Of a stretch of DNA of 64,000 bases, positions 37,269 to 48,350 are shown one piece after another. The stretch is from Spirochaetia bacterium. GTDB lineage: Bacteria; Spirochaetota; Spirochaetia; SZUA-6; Bin103. The stretch is taken from the NCBI GenBank assembly GCA_965208575.1, contig CBDBOV010000004.1, positions 800,001 through 864,000 on the forward strand, read 5' to 3'. The notes under the pieces were generated by a model. That model made no database searches and was not told where the DNA came from. It saw only the letters and a list, made by a program, of their open reading frames with translations. The translations under genes and the position numbers were made by a program. Position 1 is the stretch's first letter; the number at the start of each line of letters is the position of its first letter.

Positions 37269-38129
37269 TCAGGCGACGTTGCGCAGGTGCTCGCGGATGC
37301 GCTCGACGGCATCCTTGACGCGAACGGCCGCGGCGCTGATCGAGACCGCCGAACCCTTGGCGGCCAAGGTGTTGGCCTCGCGCATCATTTCCTGGCTGAT
37401 GAACTCCAGCTTCTTGGCCCGTTCACCGGCTGCGAGCGCGTCGCCGAACGCCTCGAGGTGGCCGCGCAGCCGGACCAGCTCCTCGTTGACGTCGCTCCTG
37501 GCAAGCAGCGTGGCGAGCGTTGCCACCAACCGCTCCTCGTCCACCGCGTCCGCGAGCAGTTCCTGCACGCGGGCGGCCAGTGCGTCCCGCTGGCGCCGGG
37601 CCGCCCGCGGCGCCTCGGTCTCGATCCGGTCCACCTCGCTTGCGATCTGTGCGAGCAGGCGGCGCAGGTCGGCCGCGGTGACGCTCCCGTCGCGGCGGCA
37701 CGCCGCGTCGTACCGTGCGAACGCCTGCTCAAGCGGCTGCCTGCAGTCGTTCCACACCTCCTCCACGCACGGCTCGCGCCGCTCGCTCAGGAATCCACCC
37801 ACCGCGAGCAGGTTGGTCAGCGTGACCGGGCCGCCGCCGGCAACGTCGGACAACTCGCGCAACGCGCCGATGTAGGCGCGGGCGGCCGCCGTGTCGGCGC
37901 TCACCTCGACGGTGTCGGCAAGATCCGCCACCGTCAGCGCCAGTTCCACCCGTCCGCGGCTCACGCGCTCGGCCACCTCGGCGCGCAGACGCGGCTCCAG
38001 TTCGGCGTAGCCGGGCGGCACGCCGACCTGAATTTCCAGGTAACGGCTGTTGTACGACTTTACCTCGACGGCGATGCGCCGCTTCCGGGTGGTGTGCTCG
38101 GCCCGGCCGAAGCCGGTCATGCCGCGCAT
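37269..38129 (-). CDS. yicC: YicC/YloC family endoribonuclease
   Basis: MTGFGR, EVKSYNSRYLE, RGRVE, DVNEELVRL..H, QEMMREANT. Confidence 0.92.
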   Translation of the reverse strand: MRGMTGFGRAEHTTRKRRIAVEVKSYNSRYLEIQVGVPPGYAELEPRLRAEVAERVSRGRVELALTVADLADTVEVSADTAAARAYIGALRELSDVAGGGPVTLTNLLAVGGFLSERREPCVEEVWNDCRQPLEQAFARYDAACRRDGSVTAADLRRLLAQIASEVDRIETEAPRAARRQRDALAARVQELLADAVDEERLVATLATLLARSDVNEELVRLRGHLEAFGDALAAGERAKKLEFISQEMMREANTLAAKGSAVSISAAAVRVKDAVERIREHLRNVA

Positions 38130-39577
38130 CAGCGGGCTGCCCCGCGCCGCTGCGCACCGCCGAGCAGGCGCAGCAGGTCCCGGCCCACCCGCCAATTGTC
38201 GCCGGCTCCCATGGTCACCAGCAGGTCGCCGCGGCGCAGGGTGGCGGCGAGGCGCGCGCTTGCCGCCGCCAGGGTGTCGCACCAGCGCACGCACGGGTGT
38301 GCGCCGGCGACCGCATCGTACAGCGCGCGTCCCGCCTGCGCGGGGGTGACCGGGGATCGCTCGCGCGCGGAGGCGTACACGGGGTGCAGCAACACCTCGT
38401 CGGCGGCGCCGAACGCGGTAGCGAAGTCGGCCAGCAGCGCCGCGGTGCGCGAGAAGGTGTGGCTCATGAAGTCGACCACGATGCGCCGGCCCGGGTAGAA
38501 CGCCCGCAGCCCGGCCAGCGTGGTAACCAGCTCCGTCGGGTGATGCGCGTAGTCGTCGATCACCAGGATGCCGCCGTGCTCCCCGACAATCTCGGTGCGG
38601 CGCTTGCCGCCGCGGTAGCCGCCGAGCGCGCGCACGATCGCCGACTGCTGCGGCTCGCCGAGCGCCCGGCCCTGCTCGCCGAGCAGCACGCATGCCACGC
38701 CGGCGGCGGCGGCGGCGTTGGCGGCGTTGTGGCGTCCCGGCACCCGGAGCGCGACCGGCTCGGCCAGGCAGTGCAGCCGGAACCGGGTCACGCCGGCCGC
38801 CGCCCGCAACGAGCAGATGCGCAGCGCGCCGGCGGCGTGTTCACCGTACGGGAGCAGGCGCAGGTCCGGGCGCCGTCCGGCAACGATGCACGCCACCTCG
38901 ACGGCGCCCGCGTTGTCGGCGCAGTAAATGAGGGTGCCGCCCTCCGGCAGCGTGCCGGCGAAGTCGGTGAACGCGGCCACCAGCGCGGCGTGGGTCGGAA
39001 ACGCATCGACGTGCTCCAGCTCCACGGCGGTTATCACGATGTGGCTGGGCCGGAAACTGGCGAAGTGGTTGCGATATTCGCAGGTCTCGGCGATCAGGTA
39101 GTCGGTGCCGCCGATCAGGGTCGCCCGGCCGTCGAAGTTGGCCACCCCGGTGGCGGTGAGCACGGTTGCCGGGAGCTGCAGCGCCTGCACCAGCAGCCCG
39201 CACAGCGCGGCGGTGGTGGTCTTTCCGTGTACCCCGGCGATGGCCACCGAACGGGCGCCGCGCGACAGCGCACCGAGCGCCTCCGGGTAGCTGGACAACG
39301 GGATGCCGCGCGCCGCGGCGGCGAGCAGTTGCGGGTTGTCGCTGCGTTCGTAGGCGGCGGAGTGGATCACCCAGTCGGTGTCCGCCGGCAGGTCGGCAGC
39401 GGCGAAACCGACCCCGGGCCGGAGTTGCAGGCGATCCAGTATCTCGTCGGTAGGGAACGACTCGGCCACGTCGGAGCCGGTCAGGGACGCACCGCGGGCG
39501 GCCAGAATCTCGGCAAGCGCCGCCATGCCGGTGCCCTTGGCCCCTACCAGGTGAATGTTGCGTCCTCTGATCTGCAT
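38129..39577 (-). CDS. murC: UDP-N-acetylmuramate-L-alanine ligase
   Basis: HLVGAKGTGM, GSD, AGVHGKTTT, ETCEY, DDYAHHPTE, TMGAGD. Confidence 0.95.
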   Translation of the reverse strand: MQIRGRNIHLVGAKGTGMAALAEILAARGASLTGSDVAESFPTDEILDRLQLRPGVGFAAADLPADTDWVIHSAAYERSDNPQLLAAAARGIPLSSYPEALGALSRGARSVAIAGVHGKTTTAALCGLLVQALQLPATVLTATGVANFDGRATLIGGTDYLIAETCEYRNHFASFRPSHIVITAVELEHVDAFPTHAALVAAFTDFAGTLPEGGTLIYCADNAGAVEVACIVAGRRPDLRLLPYGEHAAGALRICSLRAAAGVTRFRLHCLAEPVALRVPGRHNAANAAAAAGVACVLLGEQGRALGEPQQSAIVRALGGYRGGKRRTEIVGEHGGILVIDDYAHHPTELVTTLAGLRAFYPGRRIVVDFMSHTFSRTAALLADFATAFGAADEVLLHPVYASARERSPVTPAQAGRALYDAVAGAHPCVRWCDTLAAASARLAATLRRGDLLVTMGAGDNWRVGRDLLRLLGGAQRRGAAR

Positions 39578-39632
39578 TCCGGGTGCTCCGGCGCGGGGCG
39601 CGAACGGTGCGATCAACGAAACTGCGCGGCGT

Positions 39633-39704
<72 letters not shown>

Positions 39705-39765
39705 CTGGAGTGGTGAAAATATCGTCGCGCGAGCGTGCCATGTCAACCGAAGGGGGCCGCGTACG

Positions 39766-41019
39766 CAGGGCAATCGACTGAGTGGATTTACTCAGGTCGT
39801 GAGCAGCGAGTAGAGAAAGTCCTCATTCCAGGCAGCGATGTGACGACTGGCGCGCATGCTGTGTTTGCCCTTGCCGCGCCGCAGGAGATTGCTGGCCATG
39901 TGCTTGATGGTGGCGAAGTTCGCCGGCGCGTGCCCGCTCCGTATGCGGCACTCGTCATCGCGGAACACCATGTCCATCACCCAGTGCAGCCCATTCTCGA
40001 CGCCCCAGTGGCTGCGTATCGCGTGGCCGATCTGCTCGGCATCCGCCGGCAACGAGCTGATGTAGTAGCGCGTCTCGGTTTCGACCTTGTCCTCGACCAA
40101 TAGTTCACGCCGGCTCTCCACCTTCACGATGCTGCGCAGCCCCGGCCAGCGGTGGTCCTGCTGCAGCCACGCGATGTCCTCGGTCGCTACCACCCGCCGC
40201 GTCTCCAGACGTCCGTGGCCCTTGTCACTACTCTCATGTACCGTGACTTGGTGCCCGGCGAAGCCATCCTGTCGTTCGTCGAAGAACAACGCCACATCCT
40301 TATGCAGCGTCCCCTGATTTCCTTTCAGACCCAATACATAGTCTGCTTTCTGCTCGATGATCCGGGCACCGATCTCGCGCTGGCAGCCCATCGCGTCGAT
40401 GGTCACCACCGCGCCGTGCAACTCCAGCAACCGCAACAGCTCCGGGATCGCCGGGATCTCGTTCGACTTGTCCGCCACCTTGCACTGGCCCAGCACCAGC
40501 CGCTGCTGGCTACTCCACGCCGAGATCATATGGATCGGTCCCTGCTCGGCAGCGCGATCAAGCGAGCGCCGCAGCGTCTTGCCATCTACCGCCACCACTC
40601 CACGCACCGCCGCCGTAAACCGCTCCACCCAGGCGATGAAACAACTCTGGAACTGCTGCGCGTCCAGCCGCGCGAACACGTTCCCCAGTTGGTCATGCGA
40701 TGGGACCCCATGGGCGAATGGCAAGAAGCGGCGCAGAAACTTCAGCTTCTGCTGGCCATACAGCGCCACCTCGACCCAGCTATCGGCACCGCCGAGCACT
40801 GCGCACAGGCACAGCAACAGGATCTCCGGCAGCGGATAGAGCACCTTCGCCTGCTGGCGCGGGTCGTCGAGAGCGTCGAAACTGCCTAAGAATTCGACAT
40901 CACCACCACTGTCATCGTTCATCAGAATGCCCCTCCCAGAGCTATTTCCTAGCTCCTTCAGTACATACTGATCACCGCCTGTCTGTCACCCTACCCAAAA
41001 TATTCGGTCGATTGCCCTG
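39766..41019 (-). mobile_element. ISAs1-family insertion sequence, complete
   Basis: IRs CAGGGCAATCGACTGAGT / CAGGGCAATCGACCGAAT; 10-bp target duplication GCCGCGTACG at 39756-39765 and 41020-41029. Confidence 0.95.
39792..40922 (-). CDS. ISAs1-family transposase
   Basis: DPRQ, PSHD, AVDGKTLR, KSNEI, TIDAMGCQ, LKGNQ, HGRLETR, RSHWGVEN.LHW. Confidence 0.96.
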   Translation of the reverse strand: MNDDSGGDVEFLGSFDALDDPRQQAKVLYPLPEILLLCLCAVLGGADSWVEVALYGQQKLKFLRRFLPFAHGVPSHDQLGNVFARLDAQQFQSCFIAWVERFTAAVRGVVAVDGKTLRRSLDRAAEQGPIHMISAWSSQQRLVLGQCKVADKSNEIPAIPELLRLLELHGAVVTIDAMGCQREIGARIIEQKADYVLGLKGNQGTLHKDVALFFDERQDGFAGHQVTVHESSDKGHGRLETRRVVATEDIAWLQQDHRWPGLRSIVKVESRRELLVEDKVETETRYYISSLPADAEQIGHAIRSHWGVENGLHWVMDMVFRDDECRIRSGHAPANFATIKHMASNLLRRGKGKHSMRASRHIAAWNEDFLYSLLTT

Positions 41020-41128
41020 GCCGCGTACGGCCGCGAACCCCCGGTAAGATTCGCGGCTTTGCGGCCGTCTGTGCACCGTGAGCGGTTGCCGCCGGCAGCC
41101 GCTATCCCGTTCCGATGGAGCTGTAACG

Positions 41129-42331
41129 ATGCAATGGAAACCGCCCACCCGGATTCGACTCACGGTTGTGGCCATCGCGCTCGCGATCCTGGCGGGCGGC
41201 GCCGTGCTGCTGGTCGCCGCGCCGGCGCCCGCCACCGTCGCCGCCAACCCCGAACTGCTGGCCGAGGAGCCGGCCCCGCCCGGCGCGGCGCGCGAGTTCA
41301 AGACCGACTTCGCGCGCCACACGGTACCGTACAGCGACGTGTTGTCGGGCGGCCCTCCCAAGGACGGCATTCCCGCCATCGACCATCCGAACTTCGTGCC
41401 GGTGGCGGACGCGGACGGCTGGCTCGGCGAGCTCGAACCGGTGGTGCTCGTGGAGGCCGGCGGCGTGGCCAAGGCGTATCCCCTGCAGGTCCTCACCTGG
41501 CACGAGATCGTCAACGACGAGGTAGGCGGCGTGCCGATCTCGGTGACGTTCTGCCCGCTGTGCAACACCGCGATCGGCTTCCAGCGTGAGTTCGACGGCC
41601 AGGTGCTCGACTTCGGCACTACCGGCCGGTTGCGGTACAGCAACCTGATCATGTACGACCGCCAGACCGAGACCTGGTGGCAGCAGGCCACCGGCGCCGG
41701 CATCGCCGGCACGTACGCCGGCAGCCAGCTTGCCTTCTATCCGGCCAATATCGTCAGTTGGCAGGAGTTTCGCGACCGCTACCCCGATGCCGAGGTGCTC
41801 TCGCGCGACACCGGCTACAGCCGCGCCTACGGTCGCAACCCCTACGCCGGCTACGACAACGTCAACAACCGGCCGTTCCTGTACCGCGGGCCGAGTACGC
41901 CGGATGCGTTGCCGCCGATGGCGCGCGTGCTGACGGTGGACCTCCCGGAAGAGGCCGTCGCCTACCCGTACGAGACGCTGCGCGAGGTGCGCGTGATCAA
42001 CGACACCGTGGCGCAGGCGCCGATCGTGGTGTTCTGGCAGGCGGGGACGGCATCCGCGCTCGACTCCGGCAGCATCGCCGCGGGCCGCGACGTCGGCACC
42101 GGCGCCTCGTTCAGCCGCCGCGTCGATGGCCAAGTGCTCGACTTCGCGTGGTCGGACGGGGCTATCCGCGACAGCCAGACGGCCAGCACGTGGAGCCTGC
42201 TCGGCGAAGCGACCGCCGGGCCACTGCAGGGCAGCAAGCTGGAGGCGGTGGTGAGCATAAACCACTTCTGGTTCTCCTGGGCGGCGTTCCGCCCGGAGAC
42301 GCGGGTGTACGTCGACGGCGAGATGAATTGA
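41129..42331 (+). CDS. DUF3179 domain exported protein
   Basis: Signal peptide; GGPPKDGIPAID, HEIVND, FCPLCN, MYDRQTETWWQQ, FWFSWAAF. Confidence 0.9.
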   Translation: MQWKPPTRIRLTVVAIALAILAGGAVLLVAAPAPATVAANPELLAEEPAPPGAAREFKTDFARHTVPYSDVLSGGPPKDGIPAIDHPNFVPVADADGWLGELEPVVLVEAGGVAKAYPLQVLTWHEIVNDEVGGVPISVTFCPLCNTAIGFQREFDGQVLDFGTTGRLRYSNLIMYDRQTETWWQQATGAGIAGTYAGSQLAFYPANIVSWQEFRDRYPDAEVLSRDTGYSRAYGRNPYAGYDNVNNRPFLYRGPSTPDALPPMARVLTVDLPEEAVAYPYETLREVRVINDTVAQAPIVVFWQAGTASALDSGSIAAGRDVGTGASFSRRVDGQVLDFAWSDGAIRDSQTASTWSLLGEATAGPLQGSKLEAVVSINHFWFSWAAFRPETRVYVDGEMN

Positions 42332-42351
42332 CGGCGGCGCAGGCGGGCGCG

Positions 42352-43164
42352 TCAGCCGCTCTTGCCCGCCTTCGGACTGGTGATGGCGCTGGTCAGGATG
42401 GCGAACGCCTCGTCGACGTCGTTGACCACGTGAATCAGTTCCCGGTCGCGGTCGCTGATGGTGCCCCACTCGCGCAGCTTGTCGAAGTTCACCACCTCCT
42501 CCCAGTAGTCGCGCCCGTAGACGATCACCGTCACCGGGCGCTGCACCTTGCGCGTCTGCAGCAGGGTCAGCACCTCGAACAGTTCATCCATGGTGCCGTA
42601 GCCGCCCGGGAACGCCACCAGCGCGCGCGCCAGGTACATGAACCAGAACTTGCGCATGAAGAAGTAGTGGAACTCCATCGCCAGGCCCTGACCGATGTAG
42701 CGATTGGGCAGCGGCTCGCCCGGCAGGCTGATGGTGAGGCCGACGCTCTGCCCGCCGGCCTCGGACGCGCCGCGATTGGCCGCCTCCATCATGCCGGGGC
42801 CGCCGCCTGAGCACACGACCAGTTCGCCTTCCGCGCCCGACTCCCGCGCCCACGCGGTAACCCGGCGCGCCAGTACGCGGGCATCCTCGTAGTACTCGGC
42901 GAGACGAAGCTGATGGCGGGCGCGCAGGACATCGGCTTGCGATGCGCCGACCACCCGGCCGGCTGCCAGATCGCCGAACCGTTTGGCGGCCTGTTCACGG
43001 TCGAGCGTACTGCTCGACCCGAAGAACACGATGGCGCTGCGAATGCGGCGCCTGCGCAGCCGCGACTGCGGCTCCAGGTACTCTGCGAGGATGCGCAGCA
43101 TGCGGGCGTCGCGGCCGCGCAGGAACGGCAGGTTCTCGTATGCCTTGTTCGGTGGGGTAGCCAT
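42352..43164 (-). CDS. LOG family (TIGR00730-like) Rossmann-fold protein
   Basis: SGGGPGMMEAANRGA, FHYFFMRKFWF, FPGGYGTMDE. Confidence 0.92.
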   Translation of the reverse strand: MATPPNKAYENLPFLRGRDARMLRILAEYLEPQSRLRRRRIRSAIVFFGSSSTLDREQAAKRFGDLAAGRVVGASQADVLRARHQLRLAEYYEDARVLARRVTAWARESGAEGELVVCSGGGPGMMEAANRGASEAGGQSVGLTISLPGEPLPNRYIGQGLAMEFHYFFMRKFWFMYLARALVAFPGGYGTMDELFEVLTLLQTRKVQRPVTVIVYGRDYWEEVVNFDKLREWGTISDRDRELIHVVNDVDEAFAILTSAITSPKAGKSG

Positions 43165-43217
43165 GGGCCGGCGCCCGCACGGGCGCCACGTCACTCCTGT
43201 TGGTATGCCGGCAGTCG

Positions 43218-43670
43218 CTACCCGCGGATCCGTGCAGCGGACCCCGTGCGGCGCGACCCGAGCTTGTTTCGGTTGCCGCCGTGGCGCGGCGCGGATACCG
43301 CGCTCGGATGGGCACAGGCGGCGCCGCTCCAGTGGCGGCAGCCATCATAGTAGCAGACCGGCAGCCCCACCACAGGGCAGGTGTCCGGCTTGGCCGCGGC
43401 CGTGGTGCCCGCCGAACGCCCGGCGGCGGGGCCGCCCGGTTGCGATTTCGCTCGCCGCGCGCCGCCGCCCTTGGCAACCGATCGGCCCGGTGTCGTGCGC
43501 TTCGGACGCGCGTCGCCGGGCAGCGGCGCGGGCGGCTGTTCCGGGCATTGCGGGCGTCCGGGGCGTTCAGGCTCGTCGTCGATGCCGGCGCTCCGGCCAT
43601 CGGGACCTCGGACGGCGGCGCGCGAGGGCGGCGCACCTTGCAGGGTTGCGACCCGGGACAGCAGGCCCAT
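43218..43670 (-). CDS. Hypothetical protein, low-complexity with C-terminal Cys cluster
   Basis: Fills the gap co-directionally; GC3-rich codons; CPVVGLPVCYYDGCRHWSGAACAH. Confidence 0.45.
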   Translation of the reverse strand: MGLLSRVATLQGAPPSRAAVRGPDGRSAGIDDEPERPGRPQCPEQPPAPLPGDARPKRTTPGRSVAKGGGARRAKSQPGGPAAGRSAGTTAAAKPDTCPVVGLPVCYYDGCRHWSGAACAHPSAVSAPRHGGNRNKLGSRRTGSAARIRG

Positions 43671-43733
43671 AGTCTGTATGTCGGCGCGCGCCGCCGCGAA
43701 GTCGAGCGTCCGCACTCCGTACGCGCGGTCCCG

Positions 43734-44609
43734 TCAGGACTGGCCGAGCAACACTTCGCGCATCGTGTGACCGATCGCGGACGGCGACTCCACCACGGCC
43801 GCGCCTGCCGCGCGCAGCGCCTCCTGCTTGGCGCGCGCCGTGCCGGCGGCCCCGGCAATGATCGCCCCGGCGTGCCCCATGCGGCGCCCCGGCGGCGCCG
43901 TGGCGCCGGCGATGAACGCCACCACCGGCTTGCTCATCGACGCCACGTATTCGGCCGCCTCCTGCTCGGCGGTGCCGCCTATCTCGCCGATCAGTACCAC
44001 GGCACCGGTGTCGGCATCCGCCTCGAACAACTCGAGCGCCTCCCGCTGCGAGGTCCCGATCACCGGATCGCCGCCGACGCCGACGCTGCCCGACTGGCCG
44101 ATTCCGAGCCGCGACAACTGATCCACGGCCTCGTACACGAGGGTCCCGGAGCGGGAGATCACGCCAACGTTGCCGGGGCGGTATACATCCACCGGCATGA
44201 TGCCGGCCCGGGCACGCTGCGCCGGGGCGATCACGCCGGGGCAGTTGGGGCCGATCAGCCGGGTCGCGGAGCCGCGCAGGTAGCGCTTTACCTGCACCAT
44301 GTCGCGCGTCGGAATGAACTCGGTGATGCAGATCACCACCGGAATGCCGGCGTCCGCGGCTTCCAGTATGGCATCGGCGGCGTGCGGAGCGGGCACGAAG
44401 ATCACCGACACGTTGGCCCCCTGCTCCGCCACCGCCGCACGCACCGTGTCGTACACCGGGGTCTCCTCCAGCCGCTGGCCGCCCCGGCCCGGCGTGACGC
44501 CCGCCACCACGGCGCTCCCGTAGGAGCGGCTGATGCGCGCCTGCAACTGGCCGGCACGGCCGAAGCCCTGCACCAGTATGCGGCTCGATGCGCCGAGCAG
44601 CACCGCCAT
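43734..44609 (-). CDS. sucD: Succinyl-CoA synthetase alpha subunit
   Basis: GVTPG.GG, IGPNCPG, SRSGTL, GVGGDP, GEIGG, MGHAGA. Confidence 0.96.
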   Translation of the reverse strand: MAVLLGASSRILVQGFGRAGQLQARISRSYGSAVVAGVTPGRGGQRLEETPVYDTVRAAVAEQGANVSVIFVPAPHAADAILEAADAGIPVVICITEFIPTRDMVQVKRYLRGSATRLIGPNCPGVIAPAQRARAGIMPVDVYRPGNVGVISRSGTLVYEAVDQLSRLGIGQSGSVGVGGDPVIGTSQREALELFEADADTGAVVLIGEIGGTAEQEAAEYVASMSKPVVAFIAGATAPPGRRMGHAGAIIAGAAGTARAKQEALRAAGAAVVESPSAIGHTMREVLLGQS

Positions 44610-45781
44610 TACGCGGCCCCTCCCCGGGCCGCGAGCACCGCGGCGCGCGCCGCCTCGGCGAATCCGCCGGCGCGCACCAGGTCGACCGCCGCGCGGTCGA
44701 GAATCTCCAGCCCCTGCGTGACGTTGGTGCCGGCGAGGCGAACCACGGTGGGCTGCGGCAACGCGCCCTCCGCCTTCGCCGCCACCACGCCGGCGGCGAT
44801 GATGTCGGTGCGCGCGAGTCCGCCGAAGATGTTGACCAGCACCGCGCGCACGTCGGGGTCGGCGCCGATAATCCGCAATGCGGCGACCACCGCCTCGCGG
44901 CGGTTGGCGGTGCCGATGTCCAGGAAGTTGGCCGGTTCACCGCCGGCCAGCTTGATCGCATCCATGGTGGCCATGGCCAGGCCGGCGCCGTTCACCAGGC
45001 AGCCAATGTCGCCGTCCAGCTTCACGTAGTTGTCGATCCCGGCGTCGTGCGCCTCCAGTTCGCGTTCCGCCTCCTGGCCGCGGTCGCGCAGCCGCACCAG
45101 ATCCGGCTGCCGGAACAGCGCGTTGTCGTCCACGTCGAACTTCGCGTCGCCGGCCAGCAGGGCGCCGTCATCCGTTACCACCAGCGGGTTGATCTCGACC
45201 AGGCGCGCGTCGCTGCCCTCGAATGCGGCCACCAGCGCATCGATCAGCCGCACCGCCGGCGCCAGCAGCTCGCCTCCCAGGCCGGTGGCGAATGCCAGGG
45301 CGCGCGCCTGGTACGGCTGCAGTCCACAGGTCGGGTCGACGTGCTGGCGGTGAATCGCCTCCGGCCGCTCGGCCGCGACCTGTTCGATCTCCATGCCCCC
45401 GGCCGCGGACGCGATCACCATCGGCATCCCGGCCGCGTTGTCGATCACCACGCTCAGATAGAGCTCGCGCGCAATGGCCACGCGCTCTTCCACCAGTACG
45501 GCGTCCACCGGAAGTCCGGCCGGGCCGGTCTGGTTGGTGACCAGCCGGATGCCGAGCAATTCACCCGCGGCCGCCTGCGCGGCCCCCGCATCCGCGGCCA
45601 GCCGGATGCCGCCCGCCTTGCCGCGCGCCCCGGTGTGTACCTGCGCCTTGATCACCACCGGTCCGCCCAGGTCGCCGGCAACGCGCGCGGCGTCCTCGGC
45701 CGTGGCCGCGACCCGGCCGCGCGGCACCGCCACGCCGTAGCGCGCCAGCACCGCCTTGGCCTGATGTTCGTGCAGCTTCAA
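44609..45781 (-). CDS. sucC: Succinyl-CoA synthetase beta subunit
   Basis: TTG start, [41 protein letters not shown]. Confidence 0.96.
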   Translation of the reverse strand: MKLHEHQAKAVLARYGVAVPRGRVAATAEDAARVAGDLGGPVVIKAQVHTGARGKAGGIRLAADAGAAQAAAGELLGIRLVTNQTGPAGLPVDAVLVEERVAIARELYLSVVIDNAAGMPMVIASAAGGMEIEQVAAERPEAIHRQHVDPTCGLQPYQARALAFATGLGGELLAPAVRLIDALVAAFEGSDARLVEINPLVVTDDGALLAGDAKFDVDDNALFRQPDLVRLRDRGQEAERELEAHDAGIDNYVKLDGDIGCLVNGAGLAMATMDAIKLAGGEPANFLDIGTANRREAVVAALRIIGADPDVRAVLVNIFGGLARTDIIAAGVVAAKAEGALPQPTVVRLAGTNVTQGLEILDRAAVDLVRAGGFAEAARAAVLAARGGAA

Positions 45782-46638
45782 CTTCGCGAGGTCCTTCCGG
45801 CCACCGGTTCGCCGATGCCTGCCAGTACGCGCCGCAGCGCGGCGGCGGCGACCGCGAATCGCGCCGGCGAGGTGCGTCCGTGGCTGGCCCCGGCCACGTC
45901 CAGGTGCGGCTCCAGCGTGAGAAAACTGTCGAAACCGGCCGCGTACGCCTCGGCGAGAATGCGCGCCACCGCACCATCGCCCTCCCCGGCCGGGACCACC
46001 GTCGCGGTGGCCGCCACGGCGTCCTTGATGTGAAAGTAGGCGACGTGCCGGCGCACCCGCTGCCAGCAGCGGTAGGGATCCTCGCCGCACACCACGAAGT
46101 TGGCGAAATCGAAAATGCCGGTGAAGGCTGGCGATCGGATGCTGTCCAGCAGATCAAGCACCCGGTCGCCGGTGTCGCCGTAGATGCCACGCTCGTTCTC
46201 GTGCGCCAGGCGCACGCCGGTCGGTTCGGCCAGCTCCACCAGGGCGCCAAGCCAATCCAGCACCCGGCCCCGGTAGCTGGCGGCGTCCTCTCCGGCCGGA
46301 ATGTAGTAGGAGAAGATGCGCACGAACGGCGCCTCCAGCAGCGCGGCGCACTCCAGTGCCCGCAGCATGCGCTCCCGTTCCTCGGCAAAGTCGCCGGCCA
46401 CCGGGAACTTCCCGATCGGCGAGCCAACGGCCGAGAATCCCACTCCGGCCTGCCGAGCAGCGTCCTTCACGCGCCGCACCTCGCCCGCGGACAGCTCCAG
46501 CACGCCCTTGCCCCACACGCCGCGCAACTCGATGTTGCCCACGTCGTTGGCAGCGAGCGCCGCCAGTTGTTCGTCCAGTTCGGCGCCGATTTCGTCGGCA
46601 AACGCGCTGACCCGCCGCCGGTTCCAACTCACGCTCAT
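45778..46638 (-). CDS. Sugar phosphate isomerase/epimerase (TIM barrel)
   Basis: SAFADEI, GSPIGK, HENE, FDFANF, HIKD, TLEPHL. Confidence 0.9.
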   Translation of the reverse strand: MSVSWNRRRVSAFADEIGAELDEQLAALAANDVGNIELRGVWGKGVLELSAGEVRRVKDAARQAGVGFSAVGSPIGKFPVAGDFAEERERMLRALECAALLEAPFVRIFSYYIPAGEDAASYRGRVLDWLGALVELAEPTGVRLAHENERGIYGDTGDRVLDLLDSIRSPAFTGIFDFANFVVCGEDPYRCWQRVRRHVAYFHIKDAVAATATVVPAGEGDGAVARILAEAYAAGFDSFLTLEPHLDVAGASHGRTSPARFAVAAAALRRVLAGIGEPVAGRTSRS

Positions 46639-46747
46639 CGCGGCTATCCAATCGGTCCCGCGCCAGGTTGTCAATGCCGGCCTGCCCGACGCGGCCCGGC
46701 GCCGCGTATGCACCGCCGCGTGGCCCGCGGCCATGCAGCGCCCGGTG

Positions 46748-48259
46748 CTACAGGTTGACGTCGATGGTGCTGCGCACTCCGTCGCGCACGATGCGGAACC
46801 GGTACTCGCCGCTCTCCCCCGCTCCGACGGTCCGGTAGAAGTCGGCGGCGTCGCGGACTGCGGTGCCGTTGACGTGCGTGATGATGTCTCCCACGCGCAG
46901 CCCGGCCGCCGATGTCGCGCTCGATTCGTTGACGCTTGCGATCAACATGCCGCGCTGGTTGTCGGCAATTTCGAACCGCGCTCGTACGCGATCGGTGAGC
47001 GGCACCGGAAAGATGCCCGGCCAGTCGCGCACCGCCCATGCCTCGGAATCGTCGCGCAGGGCGACCACGACCGTCACCTGCATGGGTGCCCCCGCGCGCA
47101 CCAGCGCGAACGTACTCTCCTGACCCGGCTCCAACGCACCCACGGCGCGCACCAACTCACCGCTGTCGCGCACCGGCCGGCCGCTCACGTGCGTGATCCA
47201 GTCGCCGGGGCGCAGATCGCCGAGCGCCGCCGGCGAGTCGAGGATGATGCTCCATGCCAGTGCGCCGTCGATGTCGTCCACGCCCAGCGCCGCACGGGTC
47301 TCGGAGCCTGCCGAACTCACGAACACGCCGAGATAGCCGTAACGCACGCGTCCGCTCTCCAGGAAGTCGCGGATGGCCCGTTTGGCCGCGTTGATCGGCA
47401 ACGCGAACCCCACTCCCACGTTACCGCCGCTGCTCGAGGCGATCCACGTGTTGACGCCGATCACTTCGCCGTCCAGGTTGACCAGCGCGCCGCCGGAGTT
47501 GCCCGGGTTGATGGCCGCGTCGGTCTGTATGTACTCGGCAATGTTGATGCCCGCGGTGCCGCTGGTCTCGCGCCCGAGCGCGCTGATGATGCCGGACGTC
47601 ACGGTCGACTGCAGGCCGAACGGACTGCCGACGGCAAGCACCAGGTCGCCCACCACGAGCTGGCTGGAGTCGCCGAGGCGCGCGGTCGGCAGACCGCGCG
47701 GAGCGTCGAACGACACGACCGCGATGTCCTGGCGCGGGTCGGTGCCCACCAGTTCGGCTTGGTACTCTTCACCGCTGTCGAGCGTGACCAGGATGTGGTC
47801 GCGATTCTCGATCACGTGGTTGTTGGTCAAGACGAAGTAGCGGCCATCCTCGGTGCTCACGATGATCCCGGAGCCGGTGCCGCCCGGCTGTTCGAACGGC
47901 CGCGGCTGCGTCTGATTGGGCGCGAAACTGCGCTGGCGGCGGCTCACCGTCCTGGTAGTGTTGATCTTCACGACCACCGGCATCACCGCGGCCGCGACCG
48001 CCCGGTACGATGCCTGCAGTTCGCGCAGCAGATCGAGCCCCGAGGCGCGGTGTGCCGGCGACGCGTGTGTCCGCTCCGGTTCGGCGGCCGGCACGGCCGC
48101 AGGTGCGGCCGCCGGCGCGGGCTGCACCGGAACCAGGTCGTCGGCGTCCGCCTCGGCGAATATGCCGGATGCGATGGCGGATCCCGCGCTCAACAGGAGG
48201 CCCAGGAGTACAAGCACGCTGCCTCGCCGCGCCACGGTGATACCTGCTCGTTGCGTCAT
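46748..48259 (-). CDS. DegP/HtrA serine protease with two PDZ domains
   Basis: GSG, TNNHV, DIAV, IQTDAAINPGNSGG; signal peptide. Confidence 0.94.
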   Translation of the reverse strand: MTQRAGITVARRGSVLVLLGLLLSAGSAIASGIFAEADADDLVPVQPAPAAAPAAVPAAEPERTHASPAHRASGLDLLRELQASYRAVAAAVMPVVVKINTTRTVSRRQRSFAPNQTQPRPFEQPGGTGSGIIVSTEDGRYFVLTNNHVIENRDHILVTLDSGEEYQAELVGTDPRQDIAVVSFDAPRGLPTARLGDSSQLVVGDLVLAVGSPFGLQSTVTSGIISALGRETSGTAGINIAEYIQTDAAINPGNSGGALVNLDGEVIGVNTWIASSSGGNVGVGFALPINAAKRAIRDFLESGRVRYGYLGVFVSSAGSETRAALGVDDIDGALAWSIILDSPAALGDLRPGDWITHVSGRPVRDSGELVRAVGALEPGQESTFALVRAGAPMQVTVVVALRDDSEAWAVRDWPGIFPVPLTDRVRARFEIADNQRGMLIASVNESSATSAAGLRVGDIITHVNGTAVRDAADFYRTVGAGESGEYRFRIVRDGVRSTIDVNL

Positions 48260-48350
48260 CGTCGCGTCCCTCCCGTCATGCCGTGTATACGCACTCAATG
48301 GTATTGCATTAGCGGTACCAAAGCGATGTTGAAAGCGTATTAACCGCTCG

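Noticed and set aside
39705-39766. ISAs1 disrupting the tRNA-Glu promoter
   Set aside because: Minus-strand TTGACA (39746-39741) and a -10-like GATATT remain between the IS and the tRNA
41129-42331. Selenoprotein recoding in DUF3179
   Set aside because: The CxxC motif is encoded by TGC codons; no in-frame TGA
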